Assembly (NCBI GenBank): GCA_951406725.2
Contig: OX597816.1
Location: 6,758,001-6,822,000, forward strand
Reading direction: 5' to 3'
From: Octopus vulgaris
Taxonomy: Eukaryota
Length of the DNA stretch: 64,000 nt
Positions 11,291 through 25,420 of the stretch are shown in pieces. The notes below the pieces were generated by a model, which saw only the letters and a list, made by a program, of their open reading frames with translations, was not told where the DNA came from and did not search any database. A program made the position numbers and the translations under genes. The stretch's first letter is position 1. Every line of letters starts with the position of its first letter.

Positions 11291-11548
11291 CAAAAATAAG
11301 CACATCTTCAATAATGCAAAGAATGAACTGAAGACGTGAGAGGAGGAATGAAACCTGTCTTTGATCCGTTTCATTCTCTTCATTCCTCCCTCCTTCGTCA
11401 AATATTTTGTATTAATTACATTAATGGATTCATTCCGGTTTGAAAACTTGTTGATTTGTGTTTTGTCCGGTCGCAATCTCTTCCGAACAAAACAGCAATG
11501 TGTCCACCTGACAGTTCGAAAAAATTACTGTTTTCCTTCTCCTTTCTT

Positions 11549-11596
<48 letters not shown>

Positions 11597-11643
11597 CTCT
11601 CTCTCTCTCTTTCTTTCTCTCTCTCCCTCTCTCTCTCTTTATT

Positions 11644-11699
<56 letters not shown>

Positions 11700-11744
11700 T
11701 CTTTACTCTCTCTCTCTCTTTCTTTCTCTCTCTCTTTATTTCTT

Positions 11745-11806
<62 letters not shown>

Positions 11807-12079
11807 TTCTACCCCCATTTTTATAGGGGTTTTTTTTTTCAGCAAGACGCATCAGAAACACCAGCGAAAACAAAAAGTCTCTTTGATCTGCTTTATTTCC
11901 TCCTCCGCTAATTATTTCGTATTAATTGCATTAATTGATTAATTAAGGTTTTAAAGACTTTTTAATTTGCAGCTTTTCTCCTTACCTAATCTCATTGAAG
12001 CAAAATAAGCCCAGGTACTCCTCTGATTCTAACACTGTCTGCACCAAACCTCTACATCATACGTATATACTTCCATATA

Positions 12080-12460
12080 GGCGCAATGGCCCAGTTGTTA
12101 GGGCAGCGGACTCGCGGTCATAGGATCGCGGTTTCGATTCCCAGACCGGGCGTTGTGAGTGTTTGTTGAGCGAAAACACCTAAAGCTCCACGCAGCTCCG
12201 GCAGGGGATGGTGGTGATCCCTGCTGTACTCTTTCACCACAACTTTCTCTCACTCTTACTTCCTGCTTCTGTTGTACCTGTATTTCAAAGGGCCGGCCTT
12301 GTCACTCTCTGTGTCACGCTGAATATCCCCGAGAACTACGTTAAGGGTAGACGTGTCTGTGGAGTGCTCAGCCACTTACACATTAATTTCACGAGCAGGC
12401 TGTTCCGTTGATCGGATCAACTGGAACCCTCGTCGTCGTAACCGACGGAGTGCTTCCACA
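12080..12460 (+). mobile_element. tRNA-derived SINE family A with TSD
   Basis: Pol III A/B boxes; flanking direct repeat atacttccatata (12067-12079 and 12460-12472). Confidence 0.92.
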
Positions 12461-12506
12461 TACTTCCATATATACTGTACTCATTATTTCTCTCTTCCCC
12501 CTCAAA

Positions 12507-12737
12507 GCGGCGAGCTGGCAGAATCGTTAGCACGTCAGGCGAAATGCGTAGCCGTATTTCGACTGTCGTTACGTTCTGAGTTCAAATTTCGTCTAGGTCG
12601 ACTTTACCTTTCATCCTTTCGGGGTCGATAAATTAAGTACCAGTTACGCACTGGGGTCGATGTAATCGACTTAATCCCTTTGTCTGTCCTTGTTTGTCCC
12701 CCTCTGTGTTTAGCCCCTTGTGGGTAGTAAAGAAATA
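12507..12737 (+). mobile_element. SINE family C with TSD
   Basis: Flanking direct repeat tatttctctcttccccctc. Confidence 0.9.
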
Positions 12738-12933
12738 TATTTCTCTCTTCCCCCTCTTTCTCTCTCTCTCTCTCCATTTGGCTTCATACTCTGCGAGTGT
12801 GTATGTGTGTGTGTGTGTGTGTCAACAAACATGTGTATATATGTGAGTGCAGTTGTATGTGCATCCATACGTGTATGTGTATCCTTATATACATATATAC
12901 ACGTTGTCTTCCTTTATATACGCATGAACTAAC

Positions 12934-13018
12934 GTGACCTGTGCATGGCCGAGCCGTCGGCGAATAAACCGACAGCCCCACCAAAGCGTGCATGTTGAGG
13001 CAGGCGAGTTTGGACATC
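12934..13018 (-). CDS. Candidate 85-nt internal exon
   Basis: Strong polypyrimidine acceptor ttttcttttcctttttatccggcAG and donor CAC|GTTAGT. GC-rich unique sequence in repeat background. Open in all three frames (e.g. DVQTRLPQHARFGGAVGLFADGSAMHRS or CPNSPASTCTLWWGCRFIRRRLGHAQV). Confidence 0.65.
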
Positions 13019-13421
13019 CTGCCGGATAAAAAGGAAAAGAAAACTAAATTTACCAAAGGACTGATGAAAGTCAACAGCTGCCGGACGAGCTGCACAAATG
13101 AGTTGTTTCTAGTGATCAAATGTTCGTGCCGCGCGTTAGCTCGGTCCCTGCATCAAATCGACTTTGCCTGAACAGGGACACAAGTGTACCACGGGTCGAG
13201 TATCGAAGTGACGGCAGAAGAATGTGAGACGAAGTGTTTTGCTCGAGAACACAACGCAGCACCCGGTCTAAGAATTGAAACCACGATCGCTAGATTGAGG
13301 GTTCAACACCCTAACTACTAAGCTATGCGCCCTCACTAATATATGTGAGTGCGCGCGTCTGTGTATGTATTTGTGTGTGTGCGCGTCTGTGTGTTTGTGT
13401 GTGTGCATGTATTTGTGTATA

Positions 13422-13717
13422 TAGTGGTTAGGGCATTCGGTTCACGATCGTAAGGTCGTGAGTTCGATTCCCGGCGACGCGTTGAGTCCTTGAGCAAGGC
13501 ACTTTATTTCCCATTGCTCCAGTCCACTCAGCTGGCAAAAATGAGTTGTACATGTATTTCAAAGGGCCAGCCTTGTCACGCTGGATCCCCCTGAGAACTA
13601 CGTTAGGGGTACGCGTGTCTGTGGATTGCTCAGCCACTTGCACGTTAATTTCATGAGCAGGCTGTTCCCTTGATCGTATCAGCTGGGACCCTCGTCGTCG
13701 TAACCGACGGAGTACTC
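13422..13717 (+). mobile_element. SINE family A variant (different 5' body)
   Basis: tagtggttaggg...gagttcgattcc head; shares the 3' body ending ccgacggagt. Related heads at about 13180-13335(-), 18763-18988(-), 45600-45740(+) and 60585-60720(+). Confidence 0.8.
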
Positions 13718-14515
13718 CTAACATGTATATGTAAACAAACATCCAAGAAGAAAGCTCTGACATGAAACCTGCGCTGTTTGTGGCTTCTGGTTGTCTCATC
13801 ATTTAGGTTTTTGCCAGATTAATGGAGTCAAACGTGAAGAGAATTCGGGTCGCACAAACGTTTATCACTACAATATTTTGCGTTGGTCCTTATTGTTTGC
13901 AAATTCATTAGATTTTTTCCTAAATTTCTGTGGGAAAGTGTAAGTAGAGACGAGTGCAATGGTAACGGATTGGAGATTTGGCAGTAAACCTGCACTCGGC
14001 AGCAAAATTTACGAGGAACATTTGAGAAATTTAATTAACAATGAGACATTTTACAAATCAAATTTAGAATGAAATGTTCAAATTTTATAAATTTAGACAA
14101 GAGACCATTTCATTCTTGAAGATGTATCACTGTTGCTTCCATGTTGGAAGCCCCTCGTATTTTCGAAACTACTTTGAAATGAAAGTCATGGAAACCCACA
14201 AATTCAGTCCCATTGTAAGTGTTGATGACGTTGATTTCGTGGAAGGACATGGACTCAACATGGCGAGCTAACAAAACATTTTTATACTTCTCAGACGGTG
14301 ATATGATAGACGTCGTGATCTTGGACACTATCTGGTTCCAATGATAGGATAGGAACCATTTCTGCTAGGTTGACCTTTATTCTACAGACTCACCAATCAA
14401 TATTCCTGTTGTTTAATGAAGTACTGAGCTTCTCTAAGAAGGCAACGGTTCCAGAACTCTTAAAGTACATTTGTAACTAACGTTTCTCGAAGAATATGGA
14501 TGACACATTAATACT

Positions 14516-14776
14516 TATTTCTTTATTACCCACAAGGGGCTAAACACAGAGGGGACAAACAAGGGCAGACATAGGTATTAAGTCGATTACATCGACCCCA
14601 GTGCGTAACTGGTACTTATTTAAGGCAGCGAGCTAGCAGAAACTTAATTTATCGACCTCGAAAGGATGAAAGGCAAAGTCGACCTCGACGGAATTTGAAC
14701 TCACAACGTAACGACAGACGAAATACCGCTAAGCATTTCGCCCGGCGTGCTAACGTTTCTGCCAGCTCGCCGCCTT
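14516..14776 (-). mobile_element. SINE family C with TSD
   Basis: Flanking direct repeat tgacacattaatact. Confidence 0.9.
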
Positions 14777-15274
14777 CGTGACACATTAATACTGAGATCG
14801 AATCCAGTGAATCACCTCTTCATATACCAAATCTCTTTTGTCAACACTAGAATGATGAAAAGCCAAGCCAAGCCGATCCCTACACTCTTCGAAGCCAGAT
14901 CGTAAAGAGATGGAACTAAACACTACAAGACATTTCCTACGGTACTCATTGTGATGTCAAACGATCTTTGTTTACTGCAAAAAATATTAGGTTGCATTGG
15001 CCGCAAATGCACCATTTTTGAAGATTTCATTATCATTCGATTTGGCTACGGAATTTCAATTCAGGACATTGATTAACATAATTAAACAATGACAAACATA
15101 CAGACAAGTATTTTACCATTTCCACAATTCGACTGCATCCTTTAGTGAATGTGTGTGTGTGTGTGTGCGTGTGTGTGTGTGTGTGTATGAGTGTGTGTGT
15201 GTGTGTGTGTCTGTGTGTGTGTGTGTGTGCGTGTGTGTGTATGTGTGTGTGTATGTGTGTGTGTGTGTGTGTGT

Positions 15275-15357
<83 letters not shown>

Positions 15358-15485
15358 GATGTTACAGTTTCATTATCCAAGAAAAGTGCTGTGTAGAATG
15401 GGTAGAAATGCTTCTTGTCCATGGTATGCAGATTCCAATAGGAGTTCATATTTTGTTATTACGGGTGGATAGTATAAGGGTGTAT

Positions 15486-15518
<33 letters not shown>

Positions 15519-15600
15519 AATGGCGGTGCCCCAGCATGGCCACAGCTCATAAGCTGAAACTGGAAAAATCAAAATCAAAATCAAAATCAAATATATATAC

Positions 15601-15977
15601 GGCACTCCGTCGGTTACGACGACGAGGGTTCCAGTTGATCCAATCAACGGAACAGCCTGCTCGTTAAATTAACTTGCAAGTGGCTGAGCACTCCATAGAC
15701 ACGTGTACCCTTAACGTAGTTGTCAGGGAGATTCAGGGTGACACACAGTGTGACAAGGCTGGCCCTTTGAAATACAGGTACAACAGAAACAGGGAGAAAG
15801 AGCGAGAGAAAGTTGTGGTGAAAGAGTACAACAGGGTTCGCGACCTCAACCCCTGCCAGAACATCGTGGAGCTTTTAGGTGTTTTCGCTCAACAAACACT
15901 CACAACGCCCGGTCTGAGAGTCGAAAGCGCGATCCTACGATCGCGAGTCTGCTGCTCTAACCACTGGGCCACTGCGC

Positions 15978-16074
<97 letters not shown>

Positions 16075-16362
16075 CGTGATCACCGTGACCGACCAGGCTA
16101 TCAGATGTTGCTACACATTGCTGGTCACAATGCGCTTCGCATTGTATTAGCCTTCAAATGACGCCACCCCGCTGGCTCAGTGAGCAGGCCAACAGAAGGA
16201 ACAGCGAGAGAAAATTGTGGTGAAAGAGTACAGTAGGGACCGCCACCAACCCCTGCCGGGCCTCGTGGATCTTTTAGGTGTTTTCGTTCAATAAACACTC
16301 ACAACGCCCGGTCTGGGAATCGAAACCGCGATCCTACGACCGCGAGTCCGCTGCCCTAGCCA
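15601..16362 (-). mobile_element. Two adjacent family A SINEs (15601-15977; 16070-16362 with an alternative 3' tail)
   Basis: Same head and body as 12080. The alternative tail tcaccgtgatcaccgtgaccgaccaggctatcag recurs as fragments at 39400-39522 and 39628-39733; another tail variant lies at 5085-5368. Confidence 0.85.
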
Positions 16363-16612
16363 ATATATATATATAAAACACACACACACACACACATACA
16401 CACAGAAAGTGATTCTTTATATTACTGCAAGATTAAAATGTCTAAAAGAGAAATGTAATTTATTTCTTACATCGATGGTGCAGTGTTAACGTGTCCGTTG
16501 GTGTAGCATAAATTAATGTTGTTGTGTGTGTTAGTCCGCTATAGAATATTATTGGACTTCGTGTTATACACATTGATGTTATTAAAGATATAAATGTTGT
16601 ATATGGATAAGT

Positions 16613-17122
16613 CCCATTAACTGCCAGATGATTTAATTCCTATTTTTTTGGCTTTGCCAGGTGTCTTAGGAGTTCAAATAATATATAGTATTTAAAATTT
16701 TCTTCATATGTGAATCATTTTGGAAATTATGATAAATTTCTCTAAAAGTCTCAAATGGGGATCGCTGAAAAAAAGCATATTTATCTTTTTCTATTCAATT
16801 GCAATACTAAACATTTTAGTCTCTTTTGAAACTATAGTATCAATTGAGAATGTGTATGAAGTATAAATGAATGATACAGATGGGAAATGCAAAAAACAAA
16901 AACAAAACGTTTTCAAAACAGTCAATATTTTTGTAGTTCAAAAACTACGATTTATGATATAAAATGTCGTCTAGAATTAACCAGAGCTGATAATGACAAA
17001 CTTTAACGACTAAATATTATTAAACACACCTCTGCAAATGCCATGTACATAAGCAATTCACTTTAAATATAACGAACACCCGGCAGTGAGACTGTCAAAT
17101 GGGGCCCATGGCAGGCAATGGG
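16613..17122. mobile_element. Possible piggyBac-type non-autonomous element
   Basis: Right end ggcaggcaatggg|TTAA; left end cccattaactgcc is an imperfect inverted match and the left TTAA is degraded. Confidence 0.4.
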
Positions 17123-17570
17123 TTAATATAGTGGTTTTGCTATTGAATGTATGTGTGTTGTATATGTCATGTGTTGTGCAATAGGATGGATATGTGCTTT
17201 TTGTTTTGATAGATATCGATAATGACATCATGTCGACATAACTGAGTTATAATTGTGCAAAAATGTTCAGCAATTAAACAATTGAATTAACAAATCTAGC
17301 ATCCATCCCTGAGGACAATTGCTTTATTAAATAAACACCGAATAAATAGGATTAGGTGAGTGAGGGTAATACAATGCTGCAAATTAATGCCTTAAATTGA
17401 AAGCCACCGTAATATCGGATATACTATGAAGGAAAAATATTAGTTGATGAAAAATATTTATGTTTATATCAGCAAGGGAGACAACTGCAAGCATGTTTCC
17501 TTCTTTGGAAACTCTTCAGAGAAGTGCAGAAGTATTAACGATTTGAATCATTAAGAAAGTACAGAAATTT

Positions 17571-17890
17571 ATAATTACCTCCGCCTTAGCGAAGGCGGAG
17601 GTATTGTTTTCAGTTGTGTTTGTTTCTTTCTTTGTCCGTGGACAAAATATTTCAAGAACTGCTGGATGGATTTCGATGAAACTTTCAGGAATGTTTGGCC
17701 TTGTGACTGGCACGAACTGATTAGATTTTGGGATCGATCCCGTACTGGACAAGGATTCTGGATTATATTTCCGGTTTTTTGTTTTCACTTAATTTTTGAG
17801 AGCAGTCGGGTTTATTTCAGAGATTCTCATTTTAAAAATCATCGTTGCTGTTGCCATGGCGAAGGTTTGCGCTGTCTGAGTGCTCTTATT
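17571..17890 (+). mobile_element. Helentron-associated (HINE/DINE-1-like) non-autonomous element
   Basis: 5' subterminal IR cctccgcc(tt)...(aa)ggcggagg, internal gttt repeat, 3' partner ggcgaagg plus small hairpin gcgctgtctgagtgc and T-rich end. Confidence 0.6.
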
Positions 17891-18344
17891 ATTAATGTTT
17901 AATTAAGCATTTTCGAGCTATTCTTTTCAAATTCGGAGTAAAAAGAAAAATATTAAAAGACACTAAAATCCATATATTATTCTAGAAATGGTTTATTTAT
18001 TTGCTTTTTAAAACATTCACCAAAACCTTTGCATCAAAATTGTATTTCCTTTTGTTGAAGACGAGACTAAAAAGAGAGACTTCTGATTGGTCGGCGAAAT
18101 ATTACAGTTGTTAGTTTTGTGAAATACAACGCAATCAAGTACAGCGTTCCTATTTATATGCCAGCAGAGATAATGTAACGAGTCTAAACAATGGCAGCTG
18201 AAATTGAGATTACTATCAGAGAGATAATATAGTTTTAGACTCTTTTAAACTACATTATCGTCTGCTTTGTCAATGTGCGTGTGGGTAGGCGTGCTTAGAG
18301 ATTGTTAAATAAATTTTGTGTGTGTGTGTGTGTGTGCGCGCGTT

Positions 18345-18748
18345 GGCGCAGTCGTAGGTGTGTGTTAAGAAGCTTGCTTCTCAAACACATGGTTGTAGGT
18401 TCAGTCCCACTCTGTGGCACCTTGGGTAGGTGTTTTCTGCTATAGTCTCGGGCCTAATAAAGCCTTGTGAGTGGAATTGGTAGACGGAAACTGAAAGAAG
18501 CCTGTTGTATATATGTGTGTGTGTGTGCGCGTGTTTGTCTCTGTACTTGTGTTTGTCCTCCACCCACCGCTTGATAACCGACGTTGGTGTGTTTACATTC
18601 CCGCAACTTAGCGGTCCGATAAAAGAGACCCATACAATAACTACCGCTCTTGAAAAAAATATGTACTGTGATCGATTCGTTCGACTAAAAATTCTTCGAG
18701 GCAATGCTGCAGCATGGCCGCAGTTGAATGGTTTAACCAAGTAAAAGA
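18345..18748 (+). mobile_element. tRNA-derived SINE family B (internal TA/TG microsatellite), diverged copy
   Basis: Same layout as 44270-44694. Further copies or fragments at about 20048-20190(+), 21430-21640(-), 22855-23255(-), 24063-24190(+), 25660-25860(+), 30570-30940(-) and 46130-46340(-). Confidence 0.85.
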
Positions 18749-19002
18749 TGGACAGACATATCCACGGACACGCGTACCCTTAACGTAGAGAGATTCAGCG
18801 AGACACAGAATGTGACAAGGCTGGACCCCATTGAATTACGGGTACAGCACATCTTTTCCGATCTGAATGGAAAGGAGCAATGTGAAGTAAAGTGTCTTGC
18901 TCAAGGACATAACGCGTCGCCGAGTATCAAACTCGCGACCTTACAACCACGAACCGAACGCCCTACCCACGAAGCCATGCACCCTCACTCGTATCAATAT
19001 AC

Positions 19003-19077
19003 CAGCGGCTCCCAACCTGGCCCCTGGTGGTCCTCAATGGTAGTACTAGGTTTCCGTTAACTAAATTCAACATTTCA

Positions 19078-19146
<69 letters not shown>

Positions 19147-19301
19147 TTCTTTCTTTTTATTCTTTTACTTGTTTCATATATATATAATCGAGCAACTACC
19201 CGGGACTTATTCTTTGATACTATATCGGTCTCTTTTGCCGATATTATAAACACCAGCATACAAGCAATGCTATATATATATATATATATATATAGCCTGT
19301 C

Positions 19302-19340
<39 letters not shown>

Positions 19341-19387
19341 CATAATACATACATACATATATACATACATACATACATATATACATA

Positions 19388-19441
<54 letters not shown>

Positions 19442-19971
19442 ATATATATATATATATATATATAATTTCATATACATACATATAAATATATATATATATA
19501 TTTCGTTTTTGGATTTGGTTTGCAAGGTTCTTTATATGAGATCGTGTGTTGAAGAATATTCTGTTGTGTCTGGGGAGAGTCATTTTCTCTTTGTGCCTTA
19601 TAATGTAACACACGCACCGGTAAAATTTCCACTTATTTCTTATTTTTATTTTCCTAAAATTTTCGTTGCGTCTTGCAACCTTTTCAATAGTCTTGACTCT
19701 GTCCGTTATTTACACTGAGTTCCTTTTTGTTTGTTTGTGCGCATGTGTGTGGGTCAGTGTGTGGGTCAGTGTGTGTGTGTGTGTATGTGTGTGTGTGCCT
19801 ATATATGCATGCATGTACGTATGTATGTGTGTATGTATGTATGCATGTGTATGTATGCATATATGCGTGTGTGTGTGCATCTGTAATTATGTATCCTGTA
19901 TATTATGTGCTTGCATGTCTGTGTTTGTGTATTTTCTATGTATGTGTGTGTGTGAGCATGTGTTTGTGTGT

Positions 19972-20049
<78 letters not shown>

Positions 20050-20271
20050 CTTAGCGGTTTAGCAAAAGAGACCAATAAAATAAGTATTAGGGTTACGAAG
20101 AATAAGTCCTGGGGTCGATTTCTTCGACTAAAGGCGGTGCTCCAGCATGGCCGCAGTCAAAATGACTGAAACAAGTAAAAGAATAAAAGAAAAAAAAGAA
20201 TACATAAGAATAAGCATATTTAAAGGGGTCAATGGGAAAACCCATTTAAATAAAATGGTTGGGAACCACTG
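19003..20271. mobile_element. Old hAT-type MITE expanded by nested microsatellites and SINE pieces
   Basis: TIR cagcggctcccaacc / ggttgggaaccactg (13 of 15 match); TSD not recognisable. Confidence 0.5.
19654..19690 (-). ncRNA. Degenerate hammerhead-like motif at the end of a probable PLE relic (about 19500-19720)
   Basis: CUA-UUGAAAA-G-GUUGC-aagac-GCAAC-GAAA-AUUU-UAG. Confidence 0.35.
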
Positions 20272-20904
20272 CTTGGAGCCCCTGCAATACACTGTAGCTT
20301 CCTAGACAGATGAGTCTTCCCTGAATGACAAATTACAATGCCACAACATGTCCTTCACACGTCTTGTGCTGCAGCTTTACAAGACATACATGGCTATAAT
20401 AATTTCACTGTCAATTTCTTTACTTGAGCACTGCTTAAGACATCGATAATACGATTTAATAAAGAACGTTCCTGTGAAAGATCAATTAGTACAATGTCAA
20501 TCAATATATTTCTTACTCGGCATTAAAGATTAATCTCCTGACCTGTGGAAGCGTTAGAAATCACAACTGCATGACCCCCGCATTCGTTAATTGAATTCTT
20601 CCATTATTTCACTGAAAATCTGTCACAAACTGATTTCTTCAACAAATCCGTTTTGCTTTTCCACTTCTTTGCACTTCTTGCGTTGAAATTAAATCTTTGA
20701 AAAAAAAAATACGAAACGACTGGATCCAATCAAGTAGAAACACGTCTGATGAATGTCATTTGATATCTAGTTTGATCTCTCCTGGGCCTTCGTTTCAAAC
20801 CCATCCACTGGCTTCACTCCATCTTTCAATTCGTCTTCCAATGAATATTAATCGACAGAAATCAATCAGATCGATTACACGCACACACAAATATAGACTT
20901 TGTT

Positions 20905-21155
20905 ACTTTTTACTCTTTTACTCTTTTACTCATGTGACTAAGGCCATGCTGGAGCACTGCCTTTTAGTCGAGTAAATCGACCCCAGAACTTATTCTTTGT
21001 AAGCCTAGTACTTATTCTATCGTTCTCTTTTGCCGAGCCGCTAAGTGACAGCGACGTAAACACACCAGCATCGGTTGTCAAGCGATGTTGGTAGGGGGGG
21101 ACAAACACAGACACACAAACATACATACACACACATACACACACATACACACACC

Positions 21156-21236
<81 letters not shown>

Positions 21237-21410
21237 ATACATATATACGATAGGCTTCTTTTCAGTTTCCGTCTACCAAATCCATTCACAAGGCTTTGGT
21301 CGGCCCGAGGGTATAAAAGAAGACACTTGCCCAAGGTGACACGCAGTGGGACTGAACCCGGAACCATGAGGTTGGTAAGCAAGCTACTTACCACACAGCC
21401 ACCCCTACGC
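20905..21410 (-). mobile_element. SINE family B
   Basis: Reverse complement of the family B consensus, including the ggttccgggttcagtccc B box and agtaaaag tail. Confidence 0.9.
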
Positions 21411-21676
21411 CTAGTCAACAAAATAACATTTTATCTTTTAAATGGTTCCAGTCATTGGACCGCGGCCATACTGGGGCATCGACTTGAAGAGTTTAACTGA
21501 ACGAGCCGACCGTAATACTCATTTTTAAAGTTTGGTACTTATTCTATCAGTTTCTTTGCCGAGCTGCTAGTTTACAGGTACGTAAACAAATCGACACCGG
21601 TTGTCAGCTGACGGGGGGTGGGAACCAACACAGACACACACATACACACAAATGTGTGTGTGTGTATATGTGTGTA

Positions 21677-21762
<86 letters not shown>

Positions 21763-22643
21763 AAAGCTTCTGTCAAATTTAAGAATAACAGGCCGGATAT
21801 TGTCATTTGGAACAGAGGGGCATTTTAGCCATTTTATCTGAAAATTAACATCGATAATTAGTATATATCATTAACATAGATATTGTGGTGTCTTGGGAAG
21901 GTCATTACACCAATAATAATAACTGACTCACAATAATGAAGTGATGCGTGTGTTGTTATTATTATTATTGTTGTTATTATTGTTGTTACTGTTATTATTA
22001 TTTTTGTTATTATTCTTGTTGTTGTTGTTGTTATTGTTGTTGGTGTTGTTGTTGTTGTTGTTGGTATAATGACCCCCAAGACAAGATTTGTTTCACACAC
22101 GAATTCACTTTAAGAATTTTGCAAACCAAATACAAAAACAAATTAACATATAATTAACATCGACAATTAACATACATCATTAACATAGATAATTAACCTC
22201 GATAATATATCTCCAACGTATTACTTCAGATTGATTTTTTTTTACTTTCCCTTGGTGAATCTTTGTAAAGTTAAACGTCGATGTTCACAGTTCAGCTACG
22301 AAATGTATTTACCTTCCAATTGCAAACTTTTTTCTAGAAATAAAGAAATTTCTTACATTTTGTAAAAATTTTATTGTGATGTATCGTAAAAAAAACGGAA
22401 CTTTACAATAGAGATTTGGTCGAGATTCTTGCAATGGAATATCTGTTGTGTTTATGTAAAGGTTCCATGAGATTTATGGCGTAGATTTCTTCAAATATCC
22501 GAAAGAAATTCTACTTAAGGCGCATAATATCAAAACACACACGCAGATATAATGTAGTTGCTCAACTTTCGAAAAATAGCGACCAAATCTCATCCAACAA
22601 TCTTGAATGAAGGCTGCATTGGATAATATGATCACCGATATAC

Positions 22644-22683
22644 CAAAACACAGGACGGTCGCAACTGGATCACCAGTGATCGT
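22644..22683 (-). CDS. Candidate 40-nt internal exon
   Basis: Acceptor atgttttttgttatcacAG and donor TTG|GTATAT (weaker). Reads TITGDPVATVLCF(G) or RSLVIQLRPSCVL; both join in frame to the 85-nt exon. Confidence 0.5.
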
Positions 22684-22771
22684 CTGTGATAACAAAAAAC
22701 ATACATCATTCATGTGCATTTGAGCGTGTATGTATGTGGCCATATTGTAAAGGTTGAGATAACAGAGGGGC

Positions 22772-22853
<82 letters not shown>

Positions 22854-23060
22854 CTTTTATTTGCTTCAGTCTCTAGAGTGCGGCCATACTGGAGCACCGC
22901 CTTCAAGAATTTTTATGTGTGGTACTTATTCTATTGCTGAACGACTAAGTTACAGGGACGTAAACAAACCAATACCAGCTATCAAGTGGTACAAGGACAC
23001 CGACACACACATATACATATATGTATGTGTGTGTGCACGTGTCTGTGTGTGTGTATGTGT

Positions 23061-23100
<40 letters not shown>

Positions 23101-23268
23101 CTACTCGACGGGTTTCTTTCGGTCCCCGTCTACCAAACCCATTCACAAGGCTTTGGTCAGCCCGAGGTTATAATATCAGCCCCTTGCCTAAGGTGGCACA
23201 CAGTGGGACTGAACTCGGAACCATGTGGTTTGGAAGCAACCTTCTTACCACACTGCTACAATTATTTA

Positions 23269-23334
<66 letters not shown>

Positions 23335-23491
23335 ATCCACTCACTGAATGTATTTGATCGTATCAGCATCACAGAAGACATTAGGAATGTTACTATGTGC
23401 CTACATTTATGTAGATGTGTGTGTGTGTGTGAGGTGTGTCTGTGTATTTAGGTATGCACGTGTGTATGCATCTGTATACTAGATTATAATG

Positions 23492-23544
<53 letters not shown>

Positions 23545-24358
23545 CTATGTATGTATGTATACAGGTACGATTACAATGTATGTATGACTATGTAAGTACT
23601 ATATAGATAACTACAAAAATGTGTGTGTAGCATATAAAGAAATCAAATCTATAATTTAGAATATGTATGTGTCTATCTGTTGCTTTCCTAGCCCTGACGA
23701 TGATTCCATTATCAAGCTGTCCTTCCTATATAAAAACACACACAAAATTCTATTTTATATTCCCGATAGAGATCTCTGTTTCTTCTGGCAGCGAAAGATT
23801 CGTATGGCTAGGATTCAACTGCAGCATCTTCAGGGGAAATTCAGAGAAAGAACAAAAATAAATTTAATGTTGCATTTATTAGAAACCACACATTTCTGAT
23901 CGGCTATCTACAATTATTAAGCGTAAGCAGAGTGAAACCTATTTTGGAAGTTTCAGTTAAATCATAAAAATATCATTTCATTGCCACTAAATCGCATACT
24001 TTCGCTATCAGGTCATCTATAGATAAATACACACACATACACGTGTATGCGTGTGTGTATGTATGCAAAGGAGACCGAAAGAATAAGTACTAGGTTTACA
24101 AAGAATAAGTCCTGGGGTCAATTTGCTCGACTAAAGGCGGTGCTCCAGCATGACCGCAGTCAAATGACTAGAACAAGTAAAAGAGTAAATGATATATATA
24201 TATATATATATATAAATATACAAGTATGATTAAGGGTATCTAAGAGATACAACCATGCTAGAGATAGCAGTCAAAACTTGACTCTAAAACCACTTCATAT
24301 ATTCATACAGCACAAGATGAAAAGACAAACAAATAAACTAGCAAAAAATCTTTGGATA

Positions 24359-24416
24359 ATCTCAGATCCGGATTTCTGACTCTGTACAAAAATATACTCT
24401 GCCTCATCAGTGGGAT
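24359..24416 (-). ncRNA. Minimal type I hammerhead ribozyme
   Basis: AUCCCA-CUGAUGA-GGC...GUC-A-GAAA-UCCGGA-UC-UGAGAU. Helix I has one mismatch; palindromic helix III AUCCGGAU; AUC triplet. Confidence 0.7.
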
Positions 24417-24482
24417 ATACATAGATAGTACATAATTACAAATATATATATACAACATACGGATACTTACATATACGCACGT

Positions 24483-24551
<69 letters not shown>

Positions 24552-24651
24552 GTATATTGTCAATAATAATAAGGGTAAAATTAATTAATTAATTAGTAAT
24601 TAATAATTTTACCAAGCAGTGTTCAGTATGTAAAAGGACCATTTACGGTAA

Positions 24652-24873
24652 ATATAAACATTACTTTATATAATTAGGGTTCAGCAAAAAAATTTTCTTT
24701 ACCACACACCGAACTTTATGCCTACGTGAATTGCTTTTGAGTATACATTGTCTGGGAGACTCTTTTTATAGTAGTGGAAATAGCTAAATTCTTTGGCTGC
24801 TATTTCTAAAAGTTAGGTGTGTGGTAAAGCAATTTTTTTGCTCAACCCTAATTATATAAAGTAATGTTTATAT
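24652..24873. repeat. Inverted repeat with about 65-bp arms and about 90-bp spacer
   Basis: atataaacattactttatataattagggttcagc...acacaccgaacttt / aaagttaggtgtgtgg...gtaatgtttatat. Confidence 0.88.
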
Positions 24874-25039
24874 GTACGTATATATATATATATTCGCCTT
24901 CATATCTCTCGTTCACACTCACACGATCACACGCGTAGGTGCTTGTGTGTGTAAATGCTTATATGTATAAAAAGGTTATGTAAACGTTGTATGTTTATTT
25001 GCAAGAAAACATCATCAACCCAGGCACCCATTCAACTTG

Positions 25040-25420
25040 GAGGCACTCATTTCAGCCATCACAATCTCTCGGAATGTTAGACCACAGTTTGATCGAGGAT
25101 CTCTCCTGGCAAAATCACATCCTTAACATAACTAGGACTGCATTTCAAAGACTGGGCCTTCTCTTCAGAACCAGAAGATATTTTAGTCTGTAATAGTTAT
25201 TGAGATCCTACAAAGCTCAGGTGTGGCCTACGTCGATGTATTGTTGCTGCTACCGCTACACACATAGACAGACTGGACTGCATCTAGAGGAAAGCCATCC
25301 TCACTGGCTCGCTGATTCTGTTCCTTGGGTCTCGCAGCTCCTCCTCCATTCATACATTCGTACACACTCTGAGGAGTTGCTTTTGATTAGAATGGAAATC
25401 ATGGCATATCCTTGTAGAGA
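25040..25420 (+). mobile_element. Decayed LINE RT C-terminal fragment (CR1/Jockey-group-like)
   Basis: EDLSWQNHILNITRTAFQRLGLLFRTRRYF...LRSYKAQVWP.SMYCC. Confidence 0.7.

Noticed and set aside
12080-12155. tRNA-like sequences with A and B boxes
   Set aside because: SINE heads: they continue into repeated bodies with TSDs and lack a full cloverleaf and terminator, so they are not called as tRNA genes.
14074-14500. Short non-repetitive ORFs on both strands
   Set aside because: No recognisable domain and no convincing splice-site pair.
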